64,000 bases of DNA. Source: the human T2T-CHM13v2.0 reference genome, Homo sapiens. Made by a program: the position numbers and the translations under genes. The stretch is from the NCBI RefSeq assembly GCF_009914755.1, contig NC_060938.1. The stretch is one strand, 5' to 3'. Positions 26,074-44,340 of the stretch are shown here, in pieces (the first letter of the stretch is position 1; each line of letters begins with the position of its first letter). Under the pieces are notes generated by a model. It did no database searches and was not told where the DNA came from. It saw only the letters and a list, made by a program, of their open reading frames with translations.

Positions 26074-28179
26074 ATATTTATCATCAAAATATTAATTTCG
26101 ATATAAAAAGTTTAATGAATGTCTCTATCCTGATTGTTCTTAATTTAGCAAGAAGAAAAAATCATATTCTCTATGGAAATAACCTCACATTTGTTTTTCT
26201 ATATTAAAAGTTAAATTTGTGATTTTTTCTATATAATTTTCTCAATAATGCAGATTTTCATTATAGTTATAAAATAGAACTGGATTTGGCTCATTATCTA
26301 ATGGAGTGGAATTTGGAAGTTCCAAATGGTGTAGAAACATTATTTGTGTGATAGAATGAGATTAACAAACTATATAGAATTCCATATTGTTTAGCAGTGT
26401 CAGGGAGACTAAGAGAAACATACTGGAGAGGACTTAGATATATCAACTATTATTTCCATTATACAGGTAGGAAGTCAAGGCTCAGAAAATTTGGATATTG
26501 ATTCATCCATGAGAGTAGGACAGCCTTCAAATTACTGCAGAAACTTTTTTCCCGGAAGTCAGCTTTTCTCCTTAGAGATGTTTCTTAATTCCAAGCCATT
26601 TGCACATTTGTTTTTGTCCTCCCACAGTTCCCACGAATTTAGTCTTCTTATTTATTTTTCTGTATATATCAGTACATATGTTTCTACCAGCGTTCCTCTT
26701 CCCCATTGGAAGATAGTCCTAGAGTCAGTACTGTGGTTAAGAGAATGTCACTTGTGTAAGTTACATAAAATTTCTAAATATTTTTCTGAACTTGGAGCAT
26801 CAAATGAGCTCATGTATTGGTAAGAATATTAAACTATATAAAGCAATTAATACACACAAAAGCTATTTTGGGGGATTATGGAGAGTACAGACTCTATCTG
26901 AACCAAGTTGCTTGCATAGAAAAATGCTGAAGAAGATTTCCAACCTAAAAATAAGTGAAAAACCAATGTGTTCAGAAGGCTGAACTTGGATAGGCTCAGG
27001 TAGCCAATAATTGAGTTATGAGAATGAGAAAAATAAGAGGGGGAAATAATTAAATAATCTCCCTGCTGATTAAAGTGATTGATAGAGAAATGACTAGCCC
27101 TGTGTTTTCTTTTTAAATCTATAAGTAATTTGCCTTTTTGGCCCCTTCTCTTTATCTTATCTTCATCTTTCCTTGTAAACAATGGCAAGTTGCTGAACAC
27201 AGAGAAAATGCCAACAAAAGCCAACTGGGAAAAAGAGAAAGAATAAAATTTATTTTATTTATTTCTATTACTCTTTGAATTGCATAAACTATAAAGCTCT
27301 GCATGAGATAGCTGCACTTCTGAAATACTAGTTGTCATTAATTACACTTTTAACAGAATAGTAGCCATTCAGTTCTCCTATTGCCAAACAGCACTAATGC
27401 CATGACATTCTGTGGTCCAGAAGTTAAACTAAGGTATTACATAGAAACTGTGGAACCAAGTCAACATTTTTATATAACACCTACTAAACACACTTAGTAT
27501 TATGTATACTGCTATTTTCAGGATCATAAAAATGACTTCTTATCTATAGTAATACAATTTTATATGAGACAACATACTCATAGATATGGACAAAAAATAA
27601 AATCACAAATACATTAAGCCTACTTAGATTTTTAAAAATCTCACTATTATACTTTTAAACTAATGTTGTGTGAGAGTTAAAATTCAGCATTAAAGAAAGA
27701 ACTTGTTGTTTCATCCTTGTGAAGTTCATCAAATGTACTTAAGGCATCTGTTATAAGTCCTCTACATCAGGCAGAAATTAGTATTAAGAGTTTTAAATCA
27801 TGTTCATCCTTTCAAATGGTTTAAAATATGCTTATGTAGAGTTACTAAGAATAATCAAGTATTTTTATTGTAATAAGTAATTTGAAAAATACCCGTTATA
27901 AATCATCTAAAAACATTCTTGCTGAAAACACAATTCACCATGAACTTGAAAATGTACTTTTGCTTTTCATATTCTTAGTTCTATATTTTGATTTAGGTTT
28001 TTAATCAGATCTTTTTCATAGATCAAACCCTACCCTAGCTCTGCCCAAGGTTATGCAATTTAACAGAGGACAGCATTTTGTACTCAGCAAGTTTTACAGG
28101 GTAGAACGAAAACATGTTTGTAGATTAATGATGTAGTATTCTTTATGATTAAATTTTCAAATGGAGAGTCATAGCATCA

Positions 28180-28330
28180 AGTAGTGGAAATAACACTGGG
28201 GCTGGAGTTAGGACTGAATCTGAGCTCATTTATGGGTGGAATGACCTTGGGAAGCCATCTGCTCTCTGCAAGGCTGTTTTTATCTTCAGTATAAGGAGAT
28301 GATAAAATCCAACTAATAGTGTCATGGAGA
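28180..28330 (+). mobile_element. MIR fragment
   Basis: gtagtggaaataacactggggctggagttaggac...atgaccttgggaagccatct. Confidence 0.55.
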
Positions 28331-30677
28331 GTCAGCTTTGTAAAAGCCCACAGTTTAGCGTCAGTTTTCTACTTGTTAGTCAATAAATATGTGTTTATTA
28401 CTTTTATAAGAAAGAAGAGAGGGTTTTATACTTCAGCAAGATTTATTCAAAGCTTTTCTTAGTTCATAACTGTTTTTAGCTATTTAGATACATTAATAGG
28501 TCTAATTTACTCATGAAATAACCGGGTAAGTTTAGTTTTGGAAGGATTACTGCATTTATTTGACAGAATCATTCCTAATTTTATTGTTTTACTTGGTGAG
28601 AGAAAAGGTGTATGGCTACTTTATATATACACAGCCAAGTTTAGTACATAAAGAAAAATCTACAGGTTTATAGAACCTCTAAAATTTTAGTTGCTTTCTG
28701 TTTCAGCTGAGGAAAACACACACACCCCAAAAAATGTTACCCAGGATTTTTGTTTCTTTCTAGCAAATCTAAGGCAGTTCAGCAACTCTATAACTGTAAC
28801 TGTTTTCCCTTGAGATTTCGCGGGCAATTGGTAGAAATCATATGGAAAAATATAGCTTGTAAGTGACCTCTAGGTTTCATTTCCTTAGCTGCTGGAAGAG
28901 GGATGTATTATGAGAAGCAGTATGTTTAAGCTCCAGGAGATTAGGGTGTGGGTATGAGCTACGATAGTGTTGGTTGTTGTTTGATGAGGTGACTTATTTG
29001 TGGAGTGGGGCTGACAACTTTGTTGGAAGCTAGGTGATCTCACCCTGAGGGTCTGAACTGTAATGGTAGACCCATGCAAGAAGATAAATGGAAAACCTGG
29101 CTTGACAGTGTTGAAGTGTTAGAGGGAACTCAAAGACGCTGTTCATCTGGATTGACCTTCAGGTTGAAACTAGGTAAAGTGTGCTACATGTTTGTTTGCC
29201 GTGAAGTGCTCCTGAGTCATACAGAAAGATAGGGTTTTTTTTTTCTTATTTAAATCAATTCTTTAACATAAAATGTTAACAAAAACATCTAGCCTAGGGT
29301 TTCAAAATGTATTCAACACAGAAATCTTGAAAATATTTAATGCATCAAATAATTTTCCCTAGCCTGTGAGATATCTTGCACTAAAAATGTCTTTCTGCTG
29401 AAGTATTTTCTGAAATATTAGTTTCCACTTTTACTTTTTTCTCCCAGGACATCCATTCCTCTGAACCAAAGCAGCTCCCTTATTTTATTTTTTCCTTTTT
29501 TTTATTTTTTTCTAGTTCTGAAATAACCCATCTTGAAGACATAAACAATGTGCATTGATGGCTAGCCAGACTCTGTCCTGCCACAGTTCTCCTCCTACTC
29601 TTCATTTCTTACCCCAAGGAGTAGTAAACATGAATCCTGACCCACCAATGCAGTCCCAGAACTGAGAAAAGATTCACTGCAGCTAAACAGTAGGTAGAAA
29701 TAAAAACAATGACTCAATTCAATAATATTAAGTGTGTTGGGAAGACAGTCTCCAAGAGAAACGATAAATAACCTACATAATGAAGAATTAGTTAGCAGTG
29801 TTATGTAAATATTGTAGCAGCATCAATGAGGAGGTAAGCAGAAGTATTTTAAGACACTATATTATACAATACACTGTGCACTGTTTCCTGGTGATAAGGT
29901 TTTTAAAGCATCTTTATAAGCTCTTCTTCTCTGTTGTGACAGGATTATTTTTGCACCTTTGGAAAGCAACTGAAAAAGGAAGCCTGGAAAAAATCCTGCC
30001 TAACAAAGCAGCAGTACTCAAATAGCTTTAACTATAAGAAAGAACTGATTCAAGATATGAGAAGAGATTTAAGATATAAGATTAAATATAAGTGTAAATG
30101 ATATCCTCATTTTTATTGAAATGCTGTGTATTCCTATTATTTCAGTGAAATGTTAAATGGCAAAGGATGCATTTTTTAGATTATTTTTTTCACTGAATTT
30201 TAAACAGTCTTTGAAGCAGATATTTCATATAACAATATCCAGAAACAATAACACATATGTGGATAAAGTTGAGTGGTTGGATAATGTATTGTGCAAATTA
30301 TCAAGAAGAAAACCATCTTAAAGAAATATTTTAGCTTAACAGCATCAATAAATGGGACACCTAGTTCACTTAAAAAAATTGACAATGAATGTTTCCTCCT
30401 TATACCCCTGAAGGCCTTGGGTTTGGAATGACAAAATATTCAAATATTTTGAAATTATCTACATTTTAAATATTTATTCAAGGAGAATTGAATCTTGATT
30501 GACAATTGTGCACAAATTGCTGAAATTCAAAAATTCTAAATCTCATGTCAGATATTAGGAAATTTTAATTTTTCATTTACTAAAACGGTAAAAATGTAGA
30601 CACTAGAAAAAAATGAAGAAATGACAATGTCATAGATAATCAACAAACTGAATAATTAGGTGGAATTACTCAACCCC

Positions 30678-32971
30678 CAGATTAGTCCATTTTCATGCTG
30701 CTGATAAAGACATACCCAAGACTGGGCAATTTACAAAAGAAAGAGGTTTATTGGAATACAGTTCTACATGGCTGGGGAGGCCTCACAATCATGGCAGAAG
30801 GCAAGGAGGAGCAAGTTACATCTTTCGTGGATGGCAACAGGCAAAGGGAGAGAGAGAGCTTGTGCAGTAAAACTCCCATGTTTAAAACCATCAGATCTTA
30901 TGAGACATATTCACTATCATGAGAACAGCATGGGAAAGACCTGCCGCCATGATTCAACTACTTCCCACTAGGTCCCTCCCACAACACATGGGAATTCAAG
31001 GTGAGATTTGGTTGGGGACACAGTCAAACCATGTCATTCCACCCCTGGCCCCTCCAAATCTCATGTCCTCATGTTTCAAAACCAATCGGGCCTTCACAAC
31101 AGTCTCCCAAAGTCTTAACTCATTCCAGCAATAACTCAAAAGTCCACAGTCCAAAGTCTCATCTGAGACAAGGCAAGTCCCTTCCACCTATGATTCTGTC
31201 CAAATCAAAAGCAAGTTACTTACTTCCTAGATACAATGGGGGTACAGGCATTGGATAAGTACAGCTGTTCCAAATGGGAGAAATTGGCCAAAGCAAAGGG
31301 GCTACAGGCTCCATTTAAGTTTGAAATCAAGTGGGGCAGTCAAATTTTAAAGCTCCAAAATGAACTCCTTTGACTTCATGTCTCACATCCAGGTCACGCT
31401 AATGCAAGAAGTGGGTTGCTGTGGTCTTGGGCAGCTCCATCCCTGTGGCTTTGCAGGGTACGGCCTCCCTCCCGGCTGCTTTCACGGGCTGGCATTGAAT
31501 GACTGTGGCTTTTCCAGGCACACGGTGCAAGCTGTCAGGGGATCTACCATTCTGGGGTCTGGAGGACAGTGGCCCTCTTCTCACAACTCCACTAGGCAGT
31601 ACCCCAGTAGGGACTCTATGGGGTGGCTTCAACCCCACATTTCCCTTCCACACTGCCCTAGCAGAGGTTCTCCATGAGAGCCCCTCCCCTGCAGCAAACT
31701 TCTGCCTGGACATCCAGGCATTTCCATACATCCTCTGAAATCTAGGCGGAGGTTCCCAAACCTCAATTCTTGGCATCTGTGCACCCACAGGCTCAACACC
31801 ATGTGGAAGCTGCCAAGGCTTTTTGGCTTGCACCCTCTGAAGCCACAGCCTGAGCTGTACCTTGGCTCCTTTTAGTCACAGCTGGAGTGGCTGGGATGCA
31901 AGGCACCAAGTCACGAGACTGCACACAGCATGGGGACCCTGGGCCTGGCCCATGAAACCACTTTTTTCTCCTAGGCCTCTGGGCATCTGATTAGAGAGGC
32001 TGCCATGAAGACCTCTGACATGCCCTGGAGACTTTTTCTCCATTGTCTTCAGGATTAACATTAGGCTCCCCATTACTTATGCAAATTTCTGCAGCTGGCT
32101 TAAATTTATCCTCAGAAAATGGGGTTTTCTTTTCTATCACATTGTCAGGTTGCAAATTTTCCAAACTTTTATGCTCTGCTTCCCTTATAAAACTGAATGC
32201 CTTTAACAGCACCCAAGTCACCTCTTGAATGCTTTCCTCCTCAGAAATTTCTTCTGCCAGATACCCTCAATCACCTCTCTCAAGTTCCAAGTTCCACAAA
32301 TCTCAAGGGCTGGGGCAAAATTGCCACCAGTCCTTTTGCTATAACATAACAAGGGTCACCTTTGCTCCAGTTTCCAACAAGCTCCTCATCTCCACATGAG
32401 ACGACCTCAGCCTGGACCTTATTGTTGATATCACTATCAGCATTTTTGTCAAAGCCATTCAACAAGTCTCTAGGAAGTTCCAAACTTTCCCACATTTTCC
32501 TATCTTCTTCTGAGCCCTCCAAACTGTTCCAACCTCTACATGTTATCCAGTTCCAAAGTCGCTTCCACATATCCAGGTATCTTTTAGCAATGCCCCATTC
32601 TACTGATACCAATTTACTGAATCCACTCTCACACTGCTGATAAAGACATACCCAAGACTGGGCAATTTACAAAATGAAGAGATTTATTGGACTTATAGTT
32701 CCACATGGCTGGGGAGGCCTGACAATCATGGAGGAAGGCAAGGAGGAGCAAGTCAAATCTTACATGGATGGCAGCAAGCAAAGAGAGAGAGAGTTTATGC
32801 AGTAAAATTCCCATTTTTAAAACCATCAGATCTCGTGAGACTTATTCACTATCACAAGAACAGCATGGGAAAGACCTGCTCCCATGATTCAACTACTTCC
32901 CACTAGGTCCCCCACACAACATGTGGGAATTCAAGGTGAGATTTGGGTGGGGACACAACCAAATCTTATCA
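30678..32971 (-). mobile_element. Complete THE1A MaLR element (LTR 30678-31036, internal 31037-32617, LTR 32618-32971)
   Basis: Two ~355-bp direct LTRs sharing variants (caactacttcccactagg, ttcaaggtgag); ~1.6-kb THE1 internal region; TSD acccc (30673-30677 and 32972-32976). Confidence 0.95.
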
Positions 32972-34657
32972 ACCCCTTTATACAGCCAACTCTTCATTCT
33001 CTAGCTATGTTTATGTAGTTTGTAGACACTCTACAAAGACTGTTTCATGGAAGGATGCCTTCCTCCTTCTGGTCTTCCTATTGCCATTAGTTGTTGCATA
33101 CTCAAAAAAGGCAAACATATTTTAATATTATATTTTAGCAAGAGGCCACCAGAGAAGAAATATATCTAGGACTAAAACCCAGAGGCCCACATGTGCTGAA
33201 TGAAAGTAGATAAAAACAGATATAAGGAAGATATTGACTTAAAAGGGAGTAAGTCAAAATATAAAAATACAGATACAGGCTAGAATCTAGGAGTTGCATC
33301 CTGGTTACCAAAGACAGTGAAAAGGGGATAGATGAGCACAGAATTCATTTAGCAATGGCAATCAGGTGTCCAGAAATGAATTAAACTTCTGAAGGTCTAA
33401 GAAAGGTCAAGGGCTTACATTAAATAGATACATAAATTCTCCCATATTGGAAAAATCTTGCTTCAGACACTATTTATAATCCCAAACCCAAGAACTACTG
33501 AATTCAATTCAGTTTACGAATGGCCAAGATATGTCAAGTCAGTCTCTCAGTATGTGATACTTAGTTGTTTGCAGTTGGTATTACTTCTTATTTCATTGTG
33601 ACTTACAACATTGTAAGACTCTCTTCACAGTGAGGAGGAGTATTAGCTTTCCAAAATCTCATGTCTCCATACATCACCAACCTATTTACCAAACCAAATT
33701 AAGTCTAAACAGGTCAAAAGTTAATGTATTACAGGAAAAACAGGATCGAGGTAGAGGGACTCGTGAGTATTTGTGAGCTGGACTAGAGGTGGCATAGTTG
33801 GAACCTGAGATACTGCAGAGCCAGCTGACTTGACTGACACTTTGACTGAGGTAGGAGAGGAAACTGGCACTGAGGACAAAATCTACACGTTTGCTTTCCT
33901 GGGTCAGGAATTAGGATTTGGGAGACATTTATAAACAGCACTGCTTTTCAAATCTTTAGGAAATAATTGAATTTAGGGTTAATTCTACCTTACAACTTCT
34001 CTTGTAATGTGGAGTGGGACCTAATTTAAAAGAGCAGACACAATCAGAAGAAGCCTATTGCAATCAGTATTTCTATGGAATGAAATACTCCAGGAAACAA
34101 CAGTTCTAAAATGGCTACTCTAAGAATGTCGAGGGTTTTGTTAAAACCTAAATATTTACCACAGTGTTGAATTTTGAATTGTCAACACAAGATTAAAAAT
34201 ATTGATTAATTTGAGCAAACTCCCACACCTCTGAGACATCCAATTGTGGAGAAAAAGTTTTTAAAAACCGAAATTATTCGTGGAATAGATGGTATCTATT
34301 TAATATTTCACTTCAGGTTTCATCTCAGATTTTAGCATTTTTTTTTACATGAAGAATATTTTAAACACAATTTACTGTTAATCTTCTGAAAACTAACCCA
34401 TGGTCACCTGTCATATAAACCACTCGGTCAAAGCTCTAGAGACTGATTATAGCCTCAAAATGAAAAATTCTTAAAAAAAAATAAACAGGTCAGTTCATAA
34501 CGAATCTTATCTGACGGGGAATATGGCTAATCATAAAGAACAATGTCAGTCACATTTAGTTTTCAAGAAAATATTTCCTGAAGTATTCAGTATTATTAGC
34601 TAATGTACTCTACCTCTTCATTATCAGATTTCAGATAACTTATTTCTGAATTTCCTA

Positions 34658-34727
34658 ATAAAATATAATTTTATTTTTTATGATAAAATATAATTTTATT
34701 TTTATTTCATGATAAAATATAATTTTA
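34658..34727. repeat. Three tandem copies of quasi-palindromic ATAAAATATAATTTTA
   Basis: Direct observation. Confidence 0.85.
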
Positions 34728-35760
34728 CTTCTGGGAGTTTTGTTTTAAAAACAATCTCTTTCTATTAAATTAATTCATTAAATTAACAAATTAAATATAT
34801 TAAGCCATCTCCCCAATTTTTATTTTCACCCCTTTTCTCCATCTCTGCTCTCCCCATTCAGTGGAGTTTTCCTTTCTGTGCTAAAAGAGGCTATGATGGC
34901 TGCTGAATGATTTTGGCCTAGAGATGGGCACATGATGTGAGCTGGATCACTTAGAAAACTTCATTGAGATTTCATGTAGAGGATCTGGGAGATAAATGCT
35001 CTCTCCTTCCTCTGGTTTGTCTAAGCCAGGATTTGTGACTCCCAAGTCAACTACAGGCCATGCTTATCTCCCACTGCTTGCAAGAATCAAATCATCGAAA
35101 GGAAAAAATAACATAAAAACATGCAGATAAACAAAAGTGAGAGCAAAATAAGGGAGAGAAGGAGGGAGGGAGAAAGACAGCAATAAGATGCAGAACTCAG
35201 GGAAGAAGGAAGAGGAAGACCTAATTCAGAACCTAGATCCATCCCTATTCTTTCCACTAAACTGTATGGACCACCTTTTTATTTTCTTTAGGCTAGTTTG
35301 AGTTGGGATTTTGTCATTTGAAATTGAAAGTGTTCCAACTAAAATACTGTTCAAAGAGATTTCTTCCTGGTATTAAGTGTGCCTGTGTTTCTTCAAGATT
35401 CCAAGTTTTTGGCATTTAATTAAAAAGCTCCTAAGTGATCTGGTTGGCTTAACTTTAATATCTGTGCTTTTCAGGAATTGATTTAAATAAATAATGGTGT
35501 TGATAATATCCCAAATATAACTTCTTTAGGGTTACTATTATGGAATTTTTGGAATTGAAGTAATCTAAAGAATATATTGAACCAATTATCTCCATTAAAA
35601 ATAACCTATTTCTCATAAAATTCATTTGAGGATTTGTTTGTTATAACACTGAACATAGCAAAGAATAAATTAAAAGCCTGATATTTCGGGGATTCTAAAT
35701 ATAGTGTTATTTAAAAAACCGTTTATCCTAAAAAATCCAAAACTACTCTGTATGATAGCT

Positions 35761-36139
35761 TGTATTAGTCTGTTTTCATGCTGCTATAAAGAACTGCTCC
35801 AAGACTAGGTAATTTATAAAGGAAAAAGGATTAATTGACTCATAATTCCACATGGCTGGGGAGACCTTAGGAAACTTACAATCATGGCGGAAAGGGAAGC
35901 AAACACATCCTTCTTCACATGGTGGCAGGAGAGAGAAGTGCAGAGCAAAAAGGGGAAAAGACCCTTACAAAACCATCAGATCTCGTGAGAACTCACTGAT
36001 AATGTTAAGAACAGCATGTGGGAATTCCTGCCATTATCTAATCACCTTCTATGAGGTCCCTCCCCCAAAACACGGGGATTACAATTCGGATTACAATTCA
36101 ACTTGAGATTTAGGGTGGGGACATAGCCAAACCATATCA
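35761..36139 (-). mobile_element. THE1D-like solo LTR
   Basis: tgtattagtc...ccaaaccatatca; TSD tagct (35756-35760 and 36140-36144). Confidence 0.9.
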
Positions 36140-36234
36140 TAGCTCAATTTAATTTTTAAATTTAAATGTGCTTCTATATTTTTAGCAAATAAAGCTTACA
36201 TTTTCTGAACTCAGGTACTTTAAAAAATGTGAAC

Positions 36235-36595
36235 TTTTTTTCTAGAGCAGTTTTACAACAAAATTGAGTGGAAAATAGAGATTCTCTATATACATCTTTC
36301 CCCCATGTATGCCCAATCTTCTCCGCTATCAAAACCCACAGGATATATCCCATATAATTTCATAGTAATCTGCATTTAAGATGCCTCTAAGGTTTTTTCA
36401 TGGCCAAATAGATTATTTCATTTCAGTGCTGAATGATATTGTATTGTCTGGATATACCACCATTTATGTATCCATTTGCCCACTGAAGGGCATCTGGATT
36501 GCTTCTAGGTTTTGGCAATTATCAAAAAAACTGCTATAAACATTTCTGTGCACATTTGCACATATTGTGTAGACATAAATTTTCAACTCATTTGT
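36235..36595 (-). mobile_element. Old L1M (L1MC-like) 3' fragments
   Basis: agagcagttttacaacaaaattgagtgg; tatccatttgcccactgaagggcatctggattgcttctaggttttggcaatt. Confidence 0.65.
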
Positions 36596-37805
36596 GCTGG
36601 AAAGTCCTATTCCACCTTCCTGCTCCAGTGGCCTGTAATTCTGTGACATTATCTACGCTGAAAGGATCTTGTCTTAGTTTTACAGATGAGACCTAAGATT
36701 ATCTGTGTATAACATGACCTCCCTGGGTATGGCAATCATTTAACTTCTTTCCTTCCTCCTTTCAGAGGTCTGCTTTATTGAAAACCTCATTCGTAAAAAA
36801 AAAATTTGAATTTTTATAGTGCTTTATAGAACTGTTTATTGACTACTTGGGCAGTGTTACACTTTTATAATTATCATAACTTTACAATACATATCGGAAG
36901 AATGGTATGGTTCCATATTATATAGAAATATAACATCAATAACCTGTAGAATAAAGATAATTTTCAAAACTTTCTGTCACTTATCTCCAAACAAAATAGT
37001 ATGTTATCATTCCTCTTTCTTTATTATAAAATTTTAGATATTGTCAATTGGTTTTGTACTGGGTATTAATTTTACTGCTTAAGCAAAATGGCAATATTGA
37101 CATTTCAATATATATTTTGCCTAATATTTCCTTTCTTGCATTCTGAATACACTTTGAAAAAATAAACCTGATAAAGTGTTCAGACTTATAAACCAGTGAA
37201 AGTAAAATATTTTAAATATAAAAATTCATAAATATGTATCCTCTGTTCTTTATTCCTTATGACTTTCTTTGATATCAGCTCTACCTTCCATTTCTCTCCA
37301 AAGATATCCTAAGAATTACTTCTGATGTTACTGGTGTTTTGGAGAGAGTCTCAGAATCTTCCTACTATGTTGAGCTGCTCTGAGTGGAACTTTGAAGGTC
37401 ACCATCTCAGAGAAAGCCCACTGCCTTTTCCAGTAGCTCTAAATAGCAGCAGTCTCGATTTCTCTTTCAGATAACTCAGGAGGGTTGGTGTTACCTGTGG
37501 TCTAAATCCTTTCCTTCCTACTGGGGAGATTAGTTCACTTCAGAGGGCTTCACCCAGCATGTCCATGCACAGTCTTTTAAGTAAAGGTAGATGGGAGGGG
37601 TTAGGGGAGTTGCAGGAGCTTAACAGAAAAAGAACTGGAATGGCTGAGGTAGTGTCAGGGTTGGTAAGGGGGGAGGCAGGGAAGAGAGAAAGAGGAAGCA
37701 CTGATCAGAAAACTGAAAAGAGTGAATAAAGCTGCTGATGAATTTATGAAATAATAGCATCTTAGTACTTGAAAAAGGCACAGTGTATGGAATTCCAGAA
37801 ATGGA

Positions 37806-38100
<295 letters not shown>

Positions 38101-38199
38101 CAGAAATAGATTTTGTTAGTACTACTACTATGACGATGATGTGTTAGTCCTCTTATAAACCTTCCTTATACAAAACACATACTTTTCAAAATTTTAAAA

Positions 38200-38500
38200 A
38201 TAACTTTTTATTTCAAAATAGTTTAAGACTCACAAGAGTTGAAAACATTAGAGTTCTCATGTATTCTTCACCCAGCTTCTCCTAGTGATAATATGTTACA
38301 TAACCATAGCATACAGTCAAAACCAGAAAACTGAGTATGATAAAATACTATTAGTCAGGTACAGGCATTATTTGGATTTCACCAGTATTTGCATGCGCCC
38401 TTTTTGTCTATTTGTCTGTTTGTTTGCTTTTGGTTTACAGTTCTATGGCATTTTATCACAGCAGTAGACTCAAGTCACCGTCACCATATTTAAGACACAT
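38200..38500 (-). mobile_element. Old L1M 3' fragment
   Basis: ttttatttcaaaatagtttaagactcacaagagttg...cttcacccagcttctcctagtg...ttggatttcaccagt. Confidence 0.6.
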
Positions 38501-39431
38501 ACTTTTCCCCTCATTCCCAATTTGGAATTTTTGTAGAATTAACATTCAGAATTTACATTGTTAGGACCATAAATACTGTTCATTGCTGAGCTACATAGTG
38601 ACTGTACATGCTGTAGTACAACTTTTTCTAAAGTTTATGTAGTCTATTGCTGTTTTTTGTTTCTATTTCTGTTTCCTATTCTTTCAAGCCAGAAGGAAAG
38701 GGAGAACAAGTCTGCTGGAAGTGTAAGACATCTTTTTATCTTCGCTGTATTCTATTGGTGAGAAACAGGTACCAGGTTCCATCCAAACTCAAAATGAGGA
38801 AATGATAAAATAGCAGCAGTTGAAGATCACAGGGGTCACCTTACAGTCGGTTTGCCGCATATTTGTTTCTTTCTTTTATTCTTTTCCTTGATATCTGACA
38901 TGTCTAACATACATTCCACTCTGTATTAGCTAACATACTAGCCAATATAGTAAAGCCTTCTTTCTCCCAGGTTAAATACATCAATTATTTTTACTACTTC
39001 TTCTTTCTAGAACTCTGTCAGCTTACTCCTCCTCTTACTCCAAGCTGGGCTGTTGCTTTCTAGGCCTGCTGTACAACCGTTATCCTAGGATTTTCACTTA
39101 CCATCTAACATGGGATTCCCTTTGCCCAATACCTGCTTTGGATCCCTTTTTCCTGAACTCTATGTTTTTTCTCTTTATTATTTCAATCTCTTTAAGTTCA
39201 GCTCCTGGTAGTTTCTTTTTTTTTTTTTTATACTTTAAGTTTTAGGGTACATGTGCACATTGTGCAGGTTAGTTACATATGTATACATGTGCCATGCTGG
39301 TGCGCTGCACCCACTAACTCGTCATCTAGCATTAGGTATATCTCCTAATGCTATCCCTCCCCCATCCCCCCACCCCACCACAGTCCCCAGAGTGTGATAT
39401 TCCCCTTCCTGTGTCCATGTGATCTCATTGT

Positions 39432-43284
<3,853 letters not shown>

Positions 43285-43350
43285 TCATTAGTTGATGCAG
43301 TTTCTTCCTAGTCTCGATGGTCTTTACATTTTGGCATGACTTTGCAGCTG

Positions 43351-44340
43351 CTAGTACCGGTTGTTCCTTTCCATGTTTAGTGCTTCCTTCAGGAGCTCTT
43401 TTAGGGCAGGCCTGGTGGTTACAAAATCTCTCAGCATTTGCTTGTCTGTAAAGTATTTTATTTCTCCTTCACTTATGAAGCTTAGTTTGGCTGGATATGA
43501 AATTCTGGGTTGAAAATTCTTTCCTTTAAGAATGTTGAATATTGGCCCCCACTCTCTTCTGGCTTGTAGGGTTTCTGCCGAGAGATCCGCTGTTAGTCTG
43601 ATGGGCTTCCCTTTGAGGGTAACCCAATCTTTCTCTCTGGCTGCCCTTAACATTTTTTCCTTCATTTCTACTTTGGTGAATCTGACAATTATGTGTCTTG
43701 GAGTTGCTCTTCTTGAGGAGTATCTTTGTGGTGTTCTCTGTATTTCCTGAATCTGAACGTTGGCCTGCCTTGCTAGATTGGGGAAGTTCTCCTGGATAAT
43801 ATCCTGCAGAGTGTTTTCCAACTTGGTTCCATTCTCACCATCACTTTCAGGTACACCAATCAGACGTAGATTTGGTCTTTTCACATAGTCCCATATTTCT
43901 TGGAGGCTTTGCTCATTTCTTTTTATTCTTTTTTCTCTAAACTTCCCTTCTTGCTTCATTTCATTCATTTCATCTTCCATTGCTGATACCCTTTCTTCCA
44001 GTTGATCGCATCGGCTCCTGAGGCTTCTGCATTCTTCACGTAGTTCTCGAGCCTTGGTTTTCAGCTCCATCAGCTCCTTTAAGCACTTCTCTGTATTGGT
44101 TATTCTAGTTATACATTCTTCTAAATTTTTTTCAAAGTTTTCAACTTCTTTGCCTTTGGTCTGAATGTCCTCCCATAGCTCAGAGTAATTTGATCGTCTG
44201 AAGCCTTCTTCTCTCAGCTCGTCAAAGTCATTCTCCATCCAGCTTTGTTCCATTGCTGGTGAGGAACTGCGTTCCTTTGGAGGAGGAGAGGCGCTCTGCT
44301 TTTTAGAGTTTCCAGTTTTTCTGTTCTGTTTTTTCCCCAT
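43351..44340 (-). CDS. L1 ORF1p, 329 aa, shortened by a premature TAG 9 codons before the normal end
   Basis: MGKKQNRKTGNSKKQSA...LNMERNNRY*; coiled coil, RRM and CTD present. Confidence 0.9.
   Translation of the reverse strand: MGKKQNRKTGNSKKQSASPPPKERSSSPAMEQSWMENDFDELREEGFRRSNYSELWEDIQTKGKEVENFEKNLEECITRITNTEKCLKELMELKTKARELREECRSLRSRCDQLEERVSAMEDEMNEMKQEGKFREKRIKRNEQSLQEIWDYVKRPNLRLIGVPESDGENGTKLENTLQDIIQENFPNLARQANVQIQEIQRTPQRYSSRRATPRHIIVRFTKVEMKEKMLRAAREKDWVTLKGKPIRLTADLSAETLQARREWGPIFNILKGKNFQPRISYPAKLSFISEGEIKYFTDKQMLRDFVTTRPALKELLKEALNMERNNRY

Noticed and set aside
26847-27224. 125-aa minus ORF
   Set aside because: Non-ATG start, no recognisable domain or splice context.
30695-32826. 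Dense cluster of ORFs on both strands
   Set aside because: All lie within THE1A LTR or internal sequence.
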